Counted from the stretch's first letter, positions 19,987 through 30,122 are shown. The stretch is DNA of 64,000 nt from an uncultured Chloroflexia bacterium (GCA_963697585.1 CAVOOO010000009.1:741248-805247), one strand, 5' to 3'. A program made the numbers and translations. Notes: generated by a model not told the origin, from the letters alone.

Positions 19987-20950
19987 TCGCGGCGAGGACC
20001 TCGTCCTCACGCATCGCGCCGGGCCGGGCACGCTCGTGCGCCATCCGCCGGGCGATGCTCTGGAGCAGGGCGTTGGCCGGGGTGGGGATCCCGTGCAGCC
20101 GTCCCAGCAGCACGATCTCGCCGTTGAGGTAGTCGGCCTCGATGGTGCCGGCACCGCGGGTGAGGCTCTGCCAGGAGGATCCGCCCCCGCGCATGCGCCC
20201 GTCGACAGGGCGGATCGAGAGCCGGTCACCGCGACGCGCCGCGTCCTCCTCCAGGGACGCCCACTCGATGCCGGCGGCGCGGAGCACCGCCTCACCCTCC
20301 TCGCGCACCCGGCCCACCAGCTCGCCGCTCGCGCTCCGCGGGCCGCAGATCGCCTCGACCGCGTTGCCCAGGTTGACCAGCAGCTTGGCGTGCTTCCAGC
20401 GCATGACGTCGGGCACGGCGCGCGAGTCGAAGGTGGCGGCTCGCAGCGCGAACGCCACCTCCTCGACGGTGCTGTCGCTGCCCGACGGGTAGCGACCCAC
20501 ATCGAGGATCCCCGGACAGGGTGACAACTCGGCCTCCACCACCCCGGGCGCGAGGTGGGTCGCGGGACAGATCACGCACATCCCCAGCGTGGTCGCGAAG
20601 CAGCGGAGCGCGGCCCGCTCGTTGGCGACGCCGTTCTGGGCGCAGACCACGACCACGGACGGCGGGGCGACGGTGGCGAGCTCCTCCAGGGCGGCCCGGG
20701 TGTCCTGCGACTTCATGGCGAGCATGACCACGTCGTCGTCGCGCCAGCGGATCTCACGCGGCATGGCGACCACCGGCAGCTGCACGGTCAGGGCACCCTC
20801 TGGGGTGCGCACGCTCAGCCCGTGGTCGCGGATGGCGGCGAGATGCGCGCCGCGCGCGATCCCGACCACCTCGCACTCCGCACGGTGCAGGAACCCGGCG
20901 ATCACTCCGCCGATGGCGCCGGCACCGAAGACCACAAACCGCCGTGGCAC
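19970..20950 (-). CDS. Ketopantoate reductase (ApbA/PanE) family
   Basis: Motifs VFGAGAIG, MKSQ, QNGV, WKHAKL, SSWQS and EADYLNGEIV. Confidence 0.85.
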   Translation of the reverse strand: MPRRFVVFGAGAIGGVIAGFLHRAECEVVGIARGAHLAAIRDHGLSVRTPEGALTVQLPVVAMPREIRWRDDDVVMLAMKSQDTRAALEELATVAPPSVVVVCAQNGVANERAALRCFATTLGMCVICPATHLAPGVVEAELSPCPGILDVGRYPSGSDSTVEEVAFALRAATFDSRAVPDVMRWKHAKLLVNLGNAVEAICGPRSASGELVGRVREEGEAVLRAAGIEWASLEEDAARRGDRLSIRPVDGRMRGGGSSWQSLTRGAGTIEADYLNGEIVLLGRLHGIPTPANALLQSIARRMAHERARPGAMREDEVLAAITRAG

Positions 20951-21159
20951 GCATCGGAGGATACCAACGGTCGCATGCGCCGGGCCGGGCCCACCGCCCT
21001 GATACGCGACACCACGTCGCACCAACCACTCGCGCCGATGGCGTCGGGTCTCGAGGTGAGGTCCCGACATTCCGCAGTCTTGTCATCGGGACGCGTGTCC
21101 CCTAATGTCAGGTTCTCTGGGACAAGAGTCCCGCATCGACACAGGGGGGGTCGCGTCCC

Positions 21160-21774
21160 ATGTCGCACCGCATCACGCTTCCATCGCTGCTGGCCGGGCT
21201 GATCGCGGTCGCCGCGCTCGCCGCCTGCGGCAGCACCACCGCGCCGTCGTCGAGCTCGTCCGCGCCCGGCGGGGCCACCGCCACACCCGCGTCGGGGGCG
21301 ACGGCCACCCCCGCACCGACCGTGGCGTCGATCGACGCCTCCGCCTGCCCGTCAGCGTCCTCCATCGGGAGCGCGCTCGGCGTGACCCTCCCAACTCCCA
21401 CCGTCATCAATCCGGGGGCCTCGGCGTCCGCCCTGCCCTCCGGCGCCGTCGGCATCGCGTGCGAGTATCTCGGCCTGACCGCCTCTCCCCCGGTGGTGGT
21501 CATCGTCGCCCTTGGCGCCGGTGTGCCCACCAGCTGGTTCACCACCCAGGAGCAGGAGCAGATCGCCTCCGAGCAGAAGGACGGACTCGACATCAGCTTC
21601 ACCCCCCTCTCCGGCCTCGGCGACGAGGCGGCCACGTACACGTACACGGCCAGCGGCGCGACCGTGGAGGGCGTGCTGGCCATCCAGAGTGGGAACTTCG
21701 CCGGCGTCTTCACCGACGGCACCACGGCATCGCTGAGCCAGGTCGAGAGCCTGGTGAGGTCGCTGCTCGGCTGA
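21160..21774 (+). CDS. Putative lipoprotein with Ser/Thr/Pro linker
   Basis: Lipobox LAAC, a low-complexity tether and a two-Cys globular domain containing a GLGDEA motif. Confidence 0.75.
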   Translation: MSHRITLPSLLAGLIAVAALAACGSTTAPSSSSSAPGGATATPASGATATPAPTVASIDASACPSASSIGSALGVTLPTPTVINPGASASALPSGAVGIACEYLGLTASPPVVVIVALGAGVPTSWFTTQEQEQIASEQKDGLDISFTPLSGLGDEAATYTYTASGATVEGVLAIQSGNFAGVFTDGTTASLSQVESLVRSLLG

Positions 21775-21872
21775 CCTCCGGTCCCGCTCGGTGAGCGCGC
21801 GCCCCCGCCGCGGGCGGCGCGCCTCACCGGGAGCGCCGCGGATCGCGAGGCCCGCGGTCCCCGGGGCGATGC

Positions 21873-23429
21873 TCACCGGCCGGGGCGCGCCCTCGACGGC
21901 AGGGCGGCCAGGACCAGCAGCAGCCCGACCGCGGTGACCGCCATGGCGGTCAGCATCGCCGCCCGGTTGCCGAGCATGAAGCTGTTGCGCGCCACCGCGG
22001 TCAGCCCGGCACCGAGCGGGCCCCCGACGACCCGGGCGACCGCCAGCGCCCCGCCCAGCGAGCCGAGGATCTGCTGGGCGATCGCCGCCGGCACCGCCCG
22101 CCCGGCGAGGATCGGCGTCATCGCCGACTGGTAGCGGGTCGAGAGGACGCTGCCGATCACCGCCACCCCGAGCGCCCCGCCCACCTGGATGGCCGTGCTG
22201 TTGGCGGCGGAGCCGACTCCCGCGTCGCCCTGGGAGAGGGCGCCGAGCACCGAGTCGGTGGCGGCCGGGAAGAGCAGGCCGGCCCCCATGCCGATCAGCA
22301 GCATCCCGGGGAGGGCGGCGAGATAGGTGACCGCGGTGGTCGCCACCGCAGCCTCCTGGGCGAGCCCGCCGACCAGCAGCAGCAGCCCGGCGGCGGCGGT
22401 GAACTTGGTGCCCGCCACCCGGACCACCCGCTCCGACACCAGGGCGCCGGCCGCGACCAGCCCGGCGATCGGCAGGATGCGCACCCCGGCGCCGAGCGGC
22501 GAGTAGCCGAGGAAGAACTGCAGGAACTGGGTCTGGAGGAAGAGGCCACCGGTCAGCGCGAACAGCCCCAGCGCGAGCGCCGCCATGGCGACGCTGAAGC
22601 GCCGGAAGCGGAAGTACCCGAGCGGCAGCATGGGGTGGTCGACCCGCCGCTCCCAGACCACGAACCCGCCGAGGAGCAGGACGCCGCCCAGCAGCGCGCC
22701 CACCACGGGGGCCGACGACCAGCCGTGCACCGGCCCCTCGATGATCGCCCAGAGGATCAGGCCGAGCCCGCTGATCGAGAGCAGTGCGCCGGCCGGATCG
22801 GCGCGCCGGGGCTGCGCGCTCCGCGAGTCGGGGACGAGCAGCGCAGTCCCCACCAGACCCGCCGCCACCACGGGGACGTTGACCAGGAAGACCGAGCCCC
22901 ACCAGAAGTGGGCGAGCAGCAGCCCCCCGGCCACCGGGCCGATGGCGATCCCCAGGCCGATGGTGCCGGCCCAGATGCCGATGGCCCGAGCCCGCTCGCC
23001 GGGGTCGCGGAAGATGTCGTTGACGATCGAGAGGCCGGAGGGGATGGTCATCGCCGCGCCCGCCCCCATCAGCCCTCGCCAGGCGATCAGCGGTCCGACG
23101 CTGCCCGAGAACGCGGCGCCCAGGGACCCACTGCCGAAGACGGCGAGGCCGGCCAGGAAGAGCCTCTTGCGCCCGTACCGGTCGGCCACGCTCCCGGCCA
23201 CCAGGAGCAGGCCGCCGAACACCATGGAGTAGGCGTCGACGATCCACTGGAGCTGATCGGTGGTGGCCTGCAGCTTCTCGACCAGGGTCGGCAGCGCCAC
23301 GTTCAGGATGGTGTTGTCCAGGTTCACCATCAGGACCGCGACACAGAGGACGGTGAGCGAGGCCCAGCGCGCCCGCCCGACCCTCTGACCCGGGAGCCCG
23401 GAGCTGACCCCGGAGCGCTCTTCCTGCAT
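21873..23429 (-). CDS. DHA2 (EmrB/QacA-type) MFS efflux transporter
   Basis: Motifs LDNTILNVALP, ADRYGRKR, GPVAGG and WGSVFLVNVP, with about 14 TM helices. Confidence 0.92.
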   Translation of the reverse strand: MQEERSGVSSGLPGQRVGRARWASLTVLCVAVLMVNLDNTILNVALPTLVEKLQATTDQLQWIVDAYSMVFGGLLLVAGSVADRYGRKRLFLAGLAVFGSGSLGAAFSGSVGPLIAWRGLMGAGAAMTIPSGLSIVNDIFRDPGERARAIGIWAGTIGLGIAIGPVAGGLLLAHFWWGSVFLVNVPVVAAGLVGTALLVPDSRSAQPRRADPAGALLSISGLGLILWAIIEGPVHGWSSAPVVGALLGGVLLLGGFVVWERRVDHPMLPLGYFRFRRFSVAMAALALGLFALTGGLFLQTQFLQFFLGYSPLGAGVRILPIAGLVAAGALVSERVVRVAGTKFTAAAGLLLLVGGLAQEAAVATTAVTYLAALPGMLLIGMGAGLLFPAATDSVLGALSQGDAGVGSAANSTAIQVGGALGVAVIGSVLSTRYQSAMTPILAGRAVPAAIAQQILGSLGGALAVARVVGGPLGAGLTAVARNSFMLGNRAAMLTAMAVTAVGLLLVLAALPSRARPGR

Positions 23430-23434
23430 GGCGG

Positions 23435-23450
23435 TTGAATGAATGTTCAA
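23435..23450. promoter_or_regulatory. Candidate TetR operator TTGAA-N6-TTCAA
   Basis: TTGAATGAATGTTCAA in the AT-rich divergent MFS/TetR intergenic region. Confidence 0.6.
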
Positions 23451-23515
23451 TATAAGATACGACCATATCATCTAAAGCGCGTCAGGGCAAGCGCCTTATA
23501 CGTTAGAATTGATTT

Positions 23516-24175
23516 GTGAGCGCGCACTCCCCCACCGTGCAGGAGTCCGATCTGAGCGCGCGGGCGAAGATCCGCGAAGCGGCCATGGGGCTCTTCGCCG
23601 CCTCCGGGTTCGGGGTCTCGCTGCGCACCGTCGCCCAGGCCGCCGGGGTCTCCCCGGGGCTGGTGGTCCACCACTTCGGGTCGAAGGACGGGCTCCGCGC
23701 CGCCGTCGACGAGTCCGTGCTGAGGCTCTTCCTCGAGCGGTTCGAGACGCTGCCCCAGACCCTGCCGGCCGACCTGCTCGCCCGCGCCATGTCGGTCGCG
23801 ATCTCCGACGTGATCGGCGGCAGCCCGGAGATCCGCGGCTACCTGCGCCGCTGCCTGCTCGACGAGACCCCGGCCGGCACCACGATCCTGGACGAGCTGG
23901 TCGTCTCGGTCGAGAGGGGGCTCGGCCTGCTCGAGCAGGCCGGGGGGCTGCGGCCCGATTCCGACCCCGAGTGGCGCCCCTACCAGGTGCTGTCGGTGAT
24001 CCTCGGGCCCCTGCTCATGGAACCGGTGATGCAGCGCCACCTGGGAGAGCCGGTCTACTCCCCGGACGCGGTGCGGCGACGGACGGCCGCCAACCTGGAC
24101 TTCGTCGCCCGCGGGATCTTCTCCCCCGCCGTGGCCCCCGGGCCCGCCACCGGGGAGGATTCCGCAACCGGCTGA
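23516..24175 (+). CDS. TetR-family transcriptional regulator
   Basis: IREAAMGLFA...SLRTVAQAAGVSPGLVVHHFGSKDGL HTH. Divergent from the MFS gene. Confidence 0.92.
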   Translation: MSAHSPTVQESDLSARAKIREAAMGLFAASGFGVSLRTVAQAAGVSPGLVVHHFGSKDGLRAAVDESVLRLFLERFETLPQTLPADLLARAMSVAISDVIGGSPEIRGYLRRCLLDETPAGTTILDELVVSVERGLGLLEQAGGLRPDSDPEWRPYQVLSVILGPLLMEPVMQRHLGEPVYSPDAVRRRTAANLDFVARGIFSPAVAPGPATGEDSATG

Positions 24176-24234
24176 GCGCGGCTACCCTACTCGCAGGGCG
24201 AGCCCGACAGCGGCGCGACATGGGAGGGAACCAC

Positions 24235-25623
24235 GTGCCTTTGCACCATCACGAGCCCGGCGAGTCCACCCTGGAGCTCAACCCGCTCTACGCGAGCGGG
24301 GCGGCCCGCACCGGCGTGCCCAAGCTCCGGATCCCCCGCCAGTCGATGGACCCCGAGGTCGCGTACCAGGTCGTCCACGACGAGATGATGCTGGACGGCA
24401 ACGCGCGCCTCAACCTCGCCACCTTCGTCACGACCTGGATGGAGCCGCAGGCCGGACGGCTGATGGCCGAGGCGGCGGACAAGAACGTCATCGACAAGGA
24501 CGAGTATCCGCAGACCGCCGAGATCGAGCGCCGCTGCGTGCACATCCTGGCGAACCTCTGGCATGCGCAGCCTCATCAGACCGCGGTCGGCTGCTCGACC
24601 ACCGGGTCGAGCGAGGCGGCGATGCTCGCCGGGATGGCGCTCAAGTGGCGCTGGCGGGCGGCCCGGCGTGCCGCCGGCGCCTCCACCGAGCGGCCGAACA
24701 TGGTGATGGGCATCAACGTCCAGGTCTGCTGGGAGAAATTCTGCCGCTACTGGGATGTGGAGCCGCGCTACGTGCCGATGGAGGGCGAGCGGCGGCACCT
24801 CACGGGCGAGGAGGCGGTCAGGCTCTGCGACGAGAACACCATCGGCGTCGTGGCGGTGCTCGGTTCGACCCAGGACGGCAGCTACGAGCCGGTCGCCGAG
24901 ATCGCCGCGGCGCTCGACCGGCTGCACCAGGGCGGAGGGCCGGACGTCCCGGTCCACGTCGACGCCGCCTCCGGCGGCTTCGTCGCGCCCTTCGTGCAGC
25001 CCGATCTGGAGTGGGACTTCCGCATCCCCCGGGTGGCCTCGATCAACAGCTCCGGGCACAAGTACGGCCTGGTGTATCCGGGGGTGGGCTGGGTCATCTG
25101 GCGCGACCGCGAGGCGCTGCCTGACGACCTGGTCTTCCGGGTCAACTACCTGGGCGGCAGCATGCCCACCTTCGCGCTCAACTTCTCCCGTCCGGGCGCC
25201 CAGGTCATCGCCCAGTACTACAACCTCATCCGGCTGGGATTCGAGGGGTATCGCCGGGTCCAGCAGGCCTGCCTCGACACCGCCCAGCACCTCTCCGCCG
25301 CGGTCGCCCGGATGGGACCCTTCCTGCTGCTCACCGACGGCAGTGAGCTGCCGGTGTTCGCCTTCACGCTCAAGCCGGAGATCGGCCGCTACTCCGTCTT
25401 CGACGTCTCCGACGGGCTGCGCAAGCGCGGCTGGCAGGTGCCGGCCTACAGCTTCCCGGAGAACCTCCAGGACACCGCGGTGCTGCGGGTGGTGGTGCGC
25501 AACGGGATGTCGCGCGACCTCGCCGACCTGCTGGTCGGCGACCTCCGCCGCGAGATCGCCCAGCTCGAGAAGCTCAGCTCACCGCTGCCCCAACATCCGG
25601 AACGGGCGCGCTTCCACCACTGA
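24235..25623 (+). CDS. gadB: Glutamate decarboxylase
   Basis: Motifs NLATFVTTWME, DKDEYPQT, HVDAASGGF and SGHKYGL (PLP Lys). The GTG start has GGAGG upstream. Confidence 0.95.
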   Translation: MPLHHHEPGESTLELNPLYASGAARTGVPKLRIPRQSMDPEVAYQVVHDEMMLDGNARLNLATFVTTWMEPQAGRLMAEAADKNVIDKDEYPQTAEIERRCVHILANLWHAQPHQTAVGCSTTGSSEAAMLAGMALKWRWRAARRAAGASTERPNMVMGINVQVCWEKFCRYWDVEPRYVPMEGERRHLTGEEAVRLCDENTIGVVAVLGSTQDGSYEPVAEIAAALDRLHQGGGPDVPVHVDAASGGFVAPFVQPDLEWDFRIPRVASINSSGHKYGLVYPGVGWVIWRDREALPDDLVFRVNYLGGSMPTFALNFSRPGAQVIAQYYNLIRLGFEGYRRVQQACLDTAQHLSAAVARMGPFLLLTDGSELPVFAFTLKPEIGRYSVFDVSDGLRKRGWQVPAYSFPENLQDTAVLRVVVRNGMSRDLADLLVGDLRREIAQLEKLSSPLPQHPERARFHH

Positions 25624-25692
25624 CGCAGCGATCACGCCCGCCGCGCCGGCCGGCCGAGGACATCCGCTCGTCCCGGCCCCGCGCGGGCCGGC

Positions 25693-26199
25693 TCAGGCCG
25701 CCGCCGCGGGCAGGCCCAGGTCGGCGCGCACCACATTGCCCTGCGCGGCCGCGTTCAGCCCGTCCGAGAGCGCCTTGGTGTCCCATGCGCTCTCGCCGGA
25801 GGCCGTCAGCGACGAGAGGGCGTTGAGGTCGGCGATGACGGTGTTGTCATCGGCCACCAGGGTGGCGATGTCGCCGGCCGCCTGACCGGTCGCGCCCAGT
25901 CCCTGGACGGCGCTGTCGAAGGTGGTCAGCACCGCCGCGTACGCCGACGCCTGCGACTTGAGCTGGAGGACGTCGCCGTTGGCGGCGACGAGGTCGCTGT
26001 GCCAGGTCGTGTAGGCCGCGTCGACCGCCGCGGCGGCGGAGAGGTAGGCCTGGGCAACCTGTGCCGTGGACTCGGCGGTCGGGGTCGGGGTCGGGGTCGC
26101 CGCCGACGAGGTCGGCGTCGCGGTCGACGGGGTCGTGGAGCCTCCACAGCCGGCCGCCAGCAGGGCAAGCCCCGTCACCAGGATCCATCTCGCCTTCAT
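25693..26199 (-). CDS. Putative lipoprotein (helical, Thr/Pro linker)
   Basis: Lipobox AAGC, a TPTP tether, an Ala-rich helical domain and an RBS GGAGG. Confidence 0.75.
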   Translation of the reverse strand: MKARWILVTGLALLAAGCGGSTTPSTATPTSSAATPTPTPTAESTAQVAQAYLSAAAAVDAAYTTWHSDLVAANGDVLQLKSQASAYAAVLTTFDSAVQGLGATGQAAGDIATLVADDNTVIADLNALSSLTASGESAWDTKALSDGLNAAAQGNVVRADLGLPAAAA

Positions 26200-26376
26200 C
26201 TCGCCCCTCCACGACTCAACGGCGACGCCGCACCGGGCTTGATGGGGCCGCTCGAGCGCTGTCCCGTCCGGTCAGATGCCCATCGTCCCTTCTCTGGCGC
26301 GGATGGTACCGCCTCGCATGCGCCAACCGCCGCCCCCTCGGAGCGTGCCCTGGGGACGCCGGGTCGAGCCGACCGC

Positions 26377-26619
26377 TCAGGCGCTCAGCGTCCGCAACGG
26401 CGGGGAGGCGAGCGCCGCGGATCGGAGCAGCGGCCGCGGCATCGGAGCATCCATCCCGGCCCGCGCGCAGTACTCGAGGATGACCTCGGCGTGGCGGCGG
26501 CAGACGGCGCGACGCCGGCCGTGGTTGGGCGAGCCGGACGGGTACTCGAGCTCGAGGTCGGCGCGCCGCGAGCAGGTGCTGGTTCCTCTCCAGTCGCACA
26601 GTGCGGGCAGGCGATCCAC
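26377..26619 (-). CDS. Small hypothetical protein with C-x7-C-x23-C-x2-H motif
   Basis: The GTG has GAGGAG 6 nt upstream. Potential zinc ligands. Confidence 0.55.
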   Translation of the reverse strand: MDRLPALCDWRGTSTCSRRADLELEYPSGSPNHGRRRAVCRRHAEVILEYCARAGMDAPMPRPLLRSAALASPPLRTLSA

Positions 26620-26789
26620 GGTGAGCTCCTCGTCCGGCGGCCGTTCCAGGGCGGCTCCTCTGCAAGTTCATCCCAGATGACGGCGCGGTTCTAGGGTCGA
26701 AGAGCACTGCCTTTCAGCGACTTTGGTCCCGAGCACCGCACACCGGGCCCGCGTTACCTCCCGCTCAACCCTGGTAGTGTCCGAGGCTC

Positions 26790-27656
26790 GTGGGCATCAC
26801 CCTGCCGATCGCTCTCTTCTTCGGCGTCCTCCAGGGAGCCAGCGAGCTGTTCCCGGTGTCGTCGCTCGGCCACGCGGTGGTGGTGCCGCCCCTGCTCGGC
26901 ATCGGAGTGCGGGAGAGCGACTCCGATTTCCTCCCCTTCCTGGTGCTGCTCCACATCGGGACCGCCACCGCACTGATCGTCCTCTACTGGAAGCAGTGGG
27001 TCCGGATCGTCGTGGGTTTCGTCCGCAGCGTGATCACCGGGAGGGTCAGCGGAGGCGACGAGCGCCTCGCCTGGCTGCTCGTGGTCGGAACCATACCGGC
27101 GGGCATCGTGGGCTTCATCTTCCAGACCCCGCTGCAGGCCAACTTCGGCAACCCGCGGCTCGCCGCGGGACTGCTGATCGTCAACGGGGGCATCCTGCTC
27201 GGCGCCGAGATGCTCCGGCGTCGCGCGGAGCGGCGCGCGGGGATCGAGCGGCGCGACCCCAAGCTCGAGGCGGGACGCTTCCGCACCATCGAGGAGATGG
27301 GCTTCGGCCGGGCCGCCCTGGTCGGCGCCTGCCAGGTGCTCGCCCTCTTCCCCGGGATCTCGCGCTCGGGGTCGACCATGGCCGGGGGGCTGATCGGCGG
27401 CCTGCGCCACGAGGAGGCGGTTCGCTTCTCTTTCCTCCTCGCCACCCCGATCATCCTCGCCGCCGGTCTGCTGGAGGTACCGTCCCTGGCCGGCTCGGCC
27501 AACCTCGGGCCGATGCTGATCGGGGGGGTCGCCGCCGGGCTCACCGCCTACGCCAGCGCCCGATTCCTGGTCCGCTACTTCCGGGTCGGCCGGCTCGACC
27601 CGTACGCCTACTACTGCGCGGCGCTGGGGGTGGTGGGGCTGGTCTTCCTCCGCTAG
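26790..27656 (+). CDS. uppP: Undecaprenyl-diphosphate phosphatase
   Basis: Motifs QGASELFPVSSLGH, PGISRSGST and FSFLLATP. Confidence 0.93.
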   Translation: MGITLPIALFFGVLQGASELFPVSSLGHAVVVPPLLGIGVRESDSDFLPFLVLLHIGTATALIVLYWKQWVRIVVGFVRSVITGRVSGGDERLAWLLVVGTIPAGIVGFIFQTPLQANFGNPRLAAGLLIVNGGILLGAEMLRRRAERRAGIERRDPKLEAGRFRTIEEMGFGRAALVGACQVLALFPGISRSGSTMAGGLIGGLRHEEAVRFSFLLATPIILAAGLLEVPSLAGSANLGPMLIGGVAAGLTAYASARFLVRYFRVGRLDPYAYYCAALGVVGLVFLR

Positions 27657-27693
27657 TGGCCGGCGCCTTCCGGACCCGCCCGAAGGGGGGAAG

Positions 27694-28968
27694 ATGGGCG
27701 CCGTGAAGCCCTCGCCGCGGTGGACCGATCGGCTCTCGGCGCTGGCCGCGGGGCTCCGGGCCAGCCTGGAGGGCACCCTCCTTCAGGCCGCGAAGACGGC
27801 GGTCGCCTCGGGCATCTCCTGGCTCGTGGCCGCCGACCTCCTCGGCAACCAGATCCCCGTCTTCGCGCCGCTCGCCGCGGTGCTCACCGTGCAGGTGACC
27901 GTCTGGCAATCGGTGTCGCGCGGCCTCCAGCGGGTCGCCGGGGTGATGGTGGGGGTGGTGGTCGCGGGCGCCTTCGCCCAGGTCGCGGGAATCCACGCCT
28001 GGTCGATCGCGCTGGTCATCTTCGTCTCGCTGGTGGTGGGGAGGGCGCTCCGCCTGGGCACCCAGGGGTCGATCCAGGTGCCGATCAGCGCCCTGCTGGT
28101 GCTGGTGCTCGGCGCGACCCTGGGCGGCTACGGCTTCGACCGGGTCCTCGACACCGCCATCGGCGCGGCCTGCGGCATCCTCATCAACCTGATCGTCTTC
28201 CCGCGGACCCACCTCAACGAGGCCGAGGCCCGAGTCCGTGGCGTCGCCAGCGGGCTGGCGGCGCTGGTGGAACGGGTCGCCGGTCATGTCCATCCGGGGG
28301 AGCCGGCCCCGGCCGCCCCGGACCCCGACGACCTTCTCGACGCGGCCCGGCAGCTCGGACCCGAGGTCACCGCTGCCGGGCGGGTGGTGAGCCGGGCGGA
28401 GGAGGCCTGCCGGTGGAACCCCGCCGGCCAGCGCGGCCGGGCCACCGCGGAGCAGCTCCACGCCGCCATGCCCGTGCTCGAGATGGTGGAGCGCCAGGTG
28501 CGCGGCATGGCCCGCGCGGTGAGCGAGGCCGGCCCGGGCTGGAGTCTCTCCCCGCATCCCTCGGAGGCGCTGGCCCGCCTGCTCGTCGAGGTCGCGGCGG
28601 AGCTCCGAGCCTGGGACCCGGTGGACCATCCGGTGCCTCCGGAGGAGCCTCAGCGCGCCGGACCCGCGGAGGCGGCCGCGATCCCCGCCGGGGCGCCGGG
28701 CCCGGCCGGTGCCGCCTCGGGGCCGGGCGGAGACCGGGCCGCCGGCGAGGCCCCGGGCCGCGACGAACGGGGCGGCCAGATCGAGGACGGCCTCTACGAC
28801 GCGGTGCTCGGCTCGCTCCGCGGTTCCGGGCTCACCCCCCACGCCGCCGCCCTGGTGACCGCGATCGCGGTGGACGCGCGCCGGATCCGCGAGGAGCTGA
28901 GCTGGCGCCCCTCGCTCGAGATCCGGGCGCCCGGCTGGCGATCGCTCTTCGACCAGGGAGCGGTCTGA
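27694..28968 (+). CDS. FUSC / aromatic-acid-exporter family membrane protein
   Basis: AAKTAVA...FAPLAAVL...QRVAG...RVLDTAIG N-terminal TM domain followed by a helical cytoplasmic region. Confidence 0.78.
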   Translation: MGAVKPSPRWTDRLSALAAGLRASLEGTLLQAAKTAVASGISWLVAADLLGNQIPVFAPLAAVLTVQVTVWQSVSRGLQRVAGVMVGVVVAGAFAQVAGIHAWSIALVIFVSLVVGRALRLGTQGSIQVPISALLVLVLGATLGGYGFDRVLDTAIGAACGILINLIVFPRTHLNEAEARVRGVASGLAALVERVAGHVHPGEPAPAAPDPDDLLDAARQLGPEVTAAGRVVSRAEEACRWNPAGQRGRATAEQLHAAMPVLEMVERQVRGMARAVSEAGPGWSLSPHPSEALARLLVEVAAELRAWDPVDHPVPPEEPQRAGPAEAAAIPAGAPGPAGAASGPGGDRAAGEAPGRDERGGQIEDGLYDAVLGSLRGSGLTPHAAALVTAIAVDARRIREELSWRPSLEIRAPGWRSLFDQGAV

Positions 28969-29010
28969 GGATCGGCCTGCCTCCCGCCCGAGGTCGGGGG
29001 AATCTGGGGC

Positions 29011-29039
29011 TTGCATTCAGCTCTATCACGATATATCGT
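29011..29039 (+). promoter_or_regulatory. sigma70-like promoter TTGCAT-N17-TATCGT with overlapping ACGATATATCGT palindrome (29028-29039)
   Basis: A perfect 12-bp palindrome covers the -10 hexamer upstream of the PadR gene; likely an autoregulatory operator. Confidence 0.65.
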
Positions 29040-29078
29040 TAGCATATCGTCGACAGAACACCCAGAGGTACCCCAGCC

Positions 29079-29804
29079 ATGGACGACAACCCCACCGCAG
29101 ATTGGTTCGCACACGTCGAAGGAGACCCCTGGGCGCACAGCCTGCGGCGATTCGCCGCTCGCGCCCGGCGCGGGGCCGGTTTCGACCCGACCCACGAGGA
29201 GCCCGGCAGTCCCTTCGGCGGCAACCCCTTCAGCTGGACTCCGGGGCAGCCTCACCGCCGGCCGCCCTTCGGCGGGCCGCGGTTCGGCCGCTTCGGGCCC
29301 TTCGGCCCCTTCGGTCCCGGCTCCGGCCGCGGCCCGCGGATGCGCCGGGGCGATGTCCGTGCCGCCATCCTGGCCCTGCTTCGCGAGCAGCAGCGCAACG
29401 GTTACCAGATCATCCAGGAGATCGAGCGCCGCAGCAGCGGCCTCTGGAAGCCGAGCGCTGGATCGGTCTACCCCGCCCTCCAGCAGCTCGAGGACGAGGG
29501 TCTGATCGAGGCCGTCGAGGATGCCGGCCGGCGTGAGTTCCGGCTCACCGACGCCGGACGCGCCTACGCCGACGCGCACCCCGACGAGCTGGCGGCGCCC
29601 TGGGCATCGGTCGCCGGGTCGATCGACGAGGACTCGCGCTCGCTCTTCGAGATCATGGCCGCGGTCGGCGCCGCCACCATCCAGGTCGGCCAGGCCGGCA
29701 GCGAGGCGCAGGTGGCCAGGGCCCGGCAGCTCCTGGCCGACACCCGCAAGGCCCTCTACCGGATCCTCGCCGAGGAGGACCCCGACACGGCCCCGAAGGC
29801 CTGA
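29079..29804 (+). CDS. PadR-family transcriptional regulator with Gly/Pro/Phe-rich N-terminus
   Basis: RRGDVRAAILALL...GYQIIQEI...PSAGSVYPALQQLEDEGL, and C-terminal LYRILAE. Confidence 0.9.
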   Translation: MDDNPTADWFAHVEGDPWAHSLRRFAARARRGAGFDPTHEEPGSPFGGNPFSWTPGQPHRRPPFGGPRFGRFGPFGPFGPGSGRGPRMRRGDVRAAILALLREQQRNGYQIIQEIERRSSGLWKPSAGSVYPALQQLEDEGLIEAVEDAGRREFRLTDAGRAYADAHPDELAAPWASVAGSIDEDSRSLFEIMAAVGAATIQVGQAGSEAQVARARQLLADTRKALYRILAEEDPDTAPKA

Positions 29805-30122
29805 GCCCGGGTCAGCCGGCGGCGATCGGAGGCCACGCCCCGAATCCGGCATGGGCGCCCGCGATGAGGGCGCCCGCCGGCCGACCCAGGCCCCGCTGCC
29901 GGTGGGCGAGGCCGAGGGTCACCGCCGTCAACGAGATACCACGCGGCCACCAACCCCGCCTCCCGGAAGGCCGGGATGCCATCCCGCGCTCGCCGGGGCC
30001 GACACACAGGGAAGAGGGGGTTCGGCGTCCTGTACGCTGCAGATTCGTCACGGGCAGGGTGCAGCGGCACTAGCCGAGGTTCGGACACCTGCATCTCGCC
30101 CCACCGATCACCGGGGGTCAGG

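Noticed and set aside
23509-25623. 704-aa ORF suggesting a TetR-region/GAD fusion (similarly 17488-19986, 15525-17447, 1803-3512)
   Set aside because: The N-terminal parts are off-frame read-through of neighbouring genes. The true starts are marked by an RBS or stop/start overlaps.
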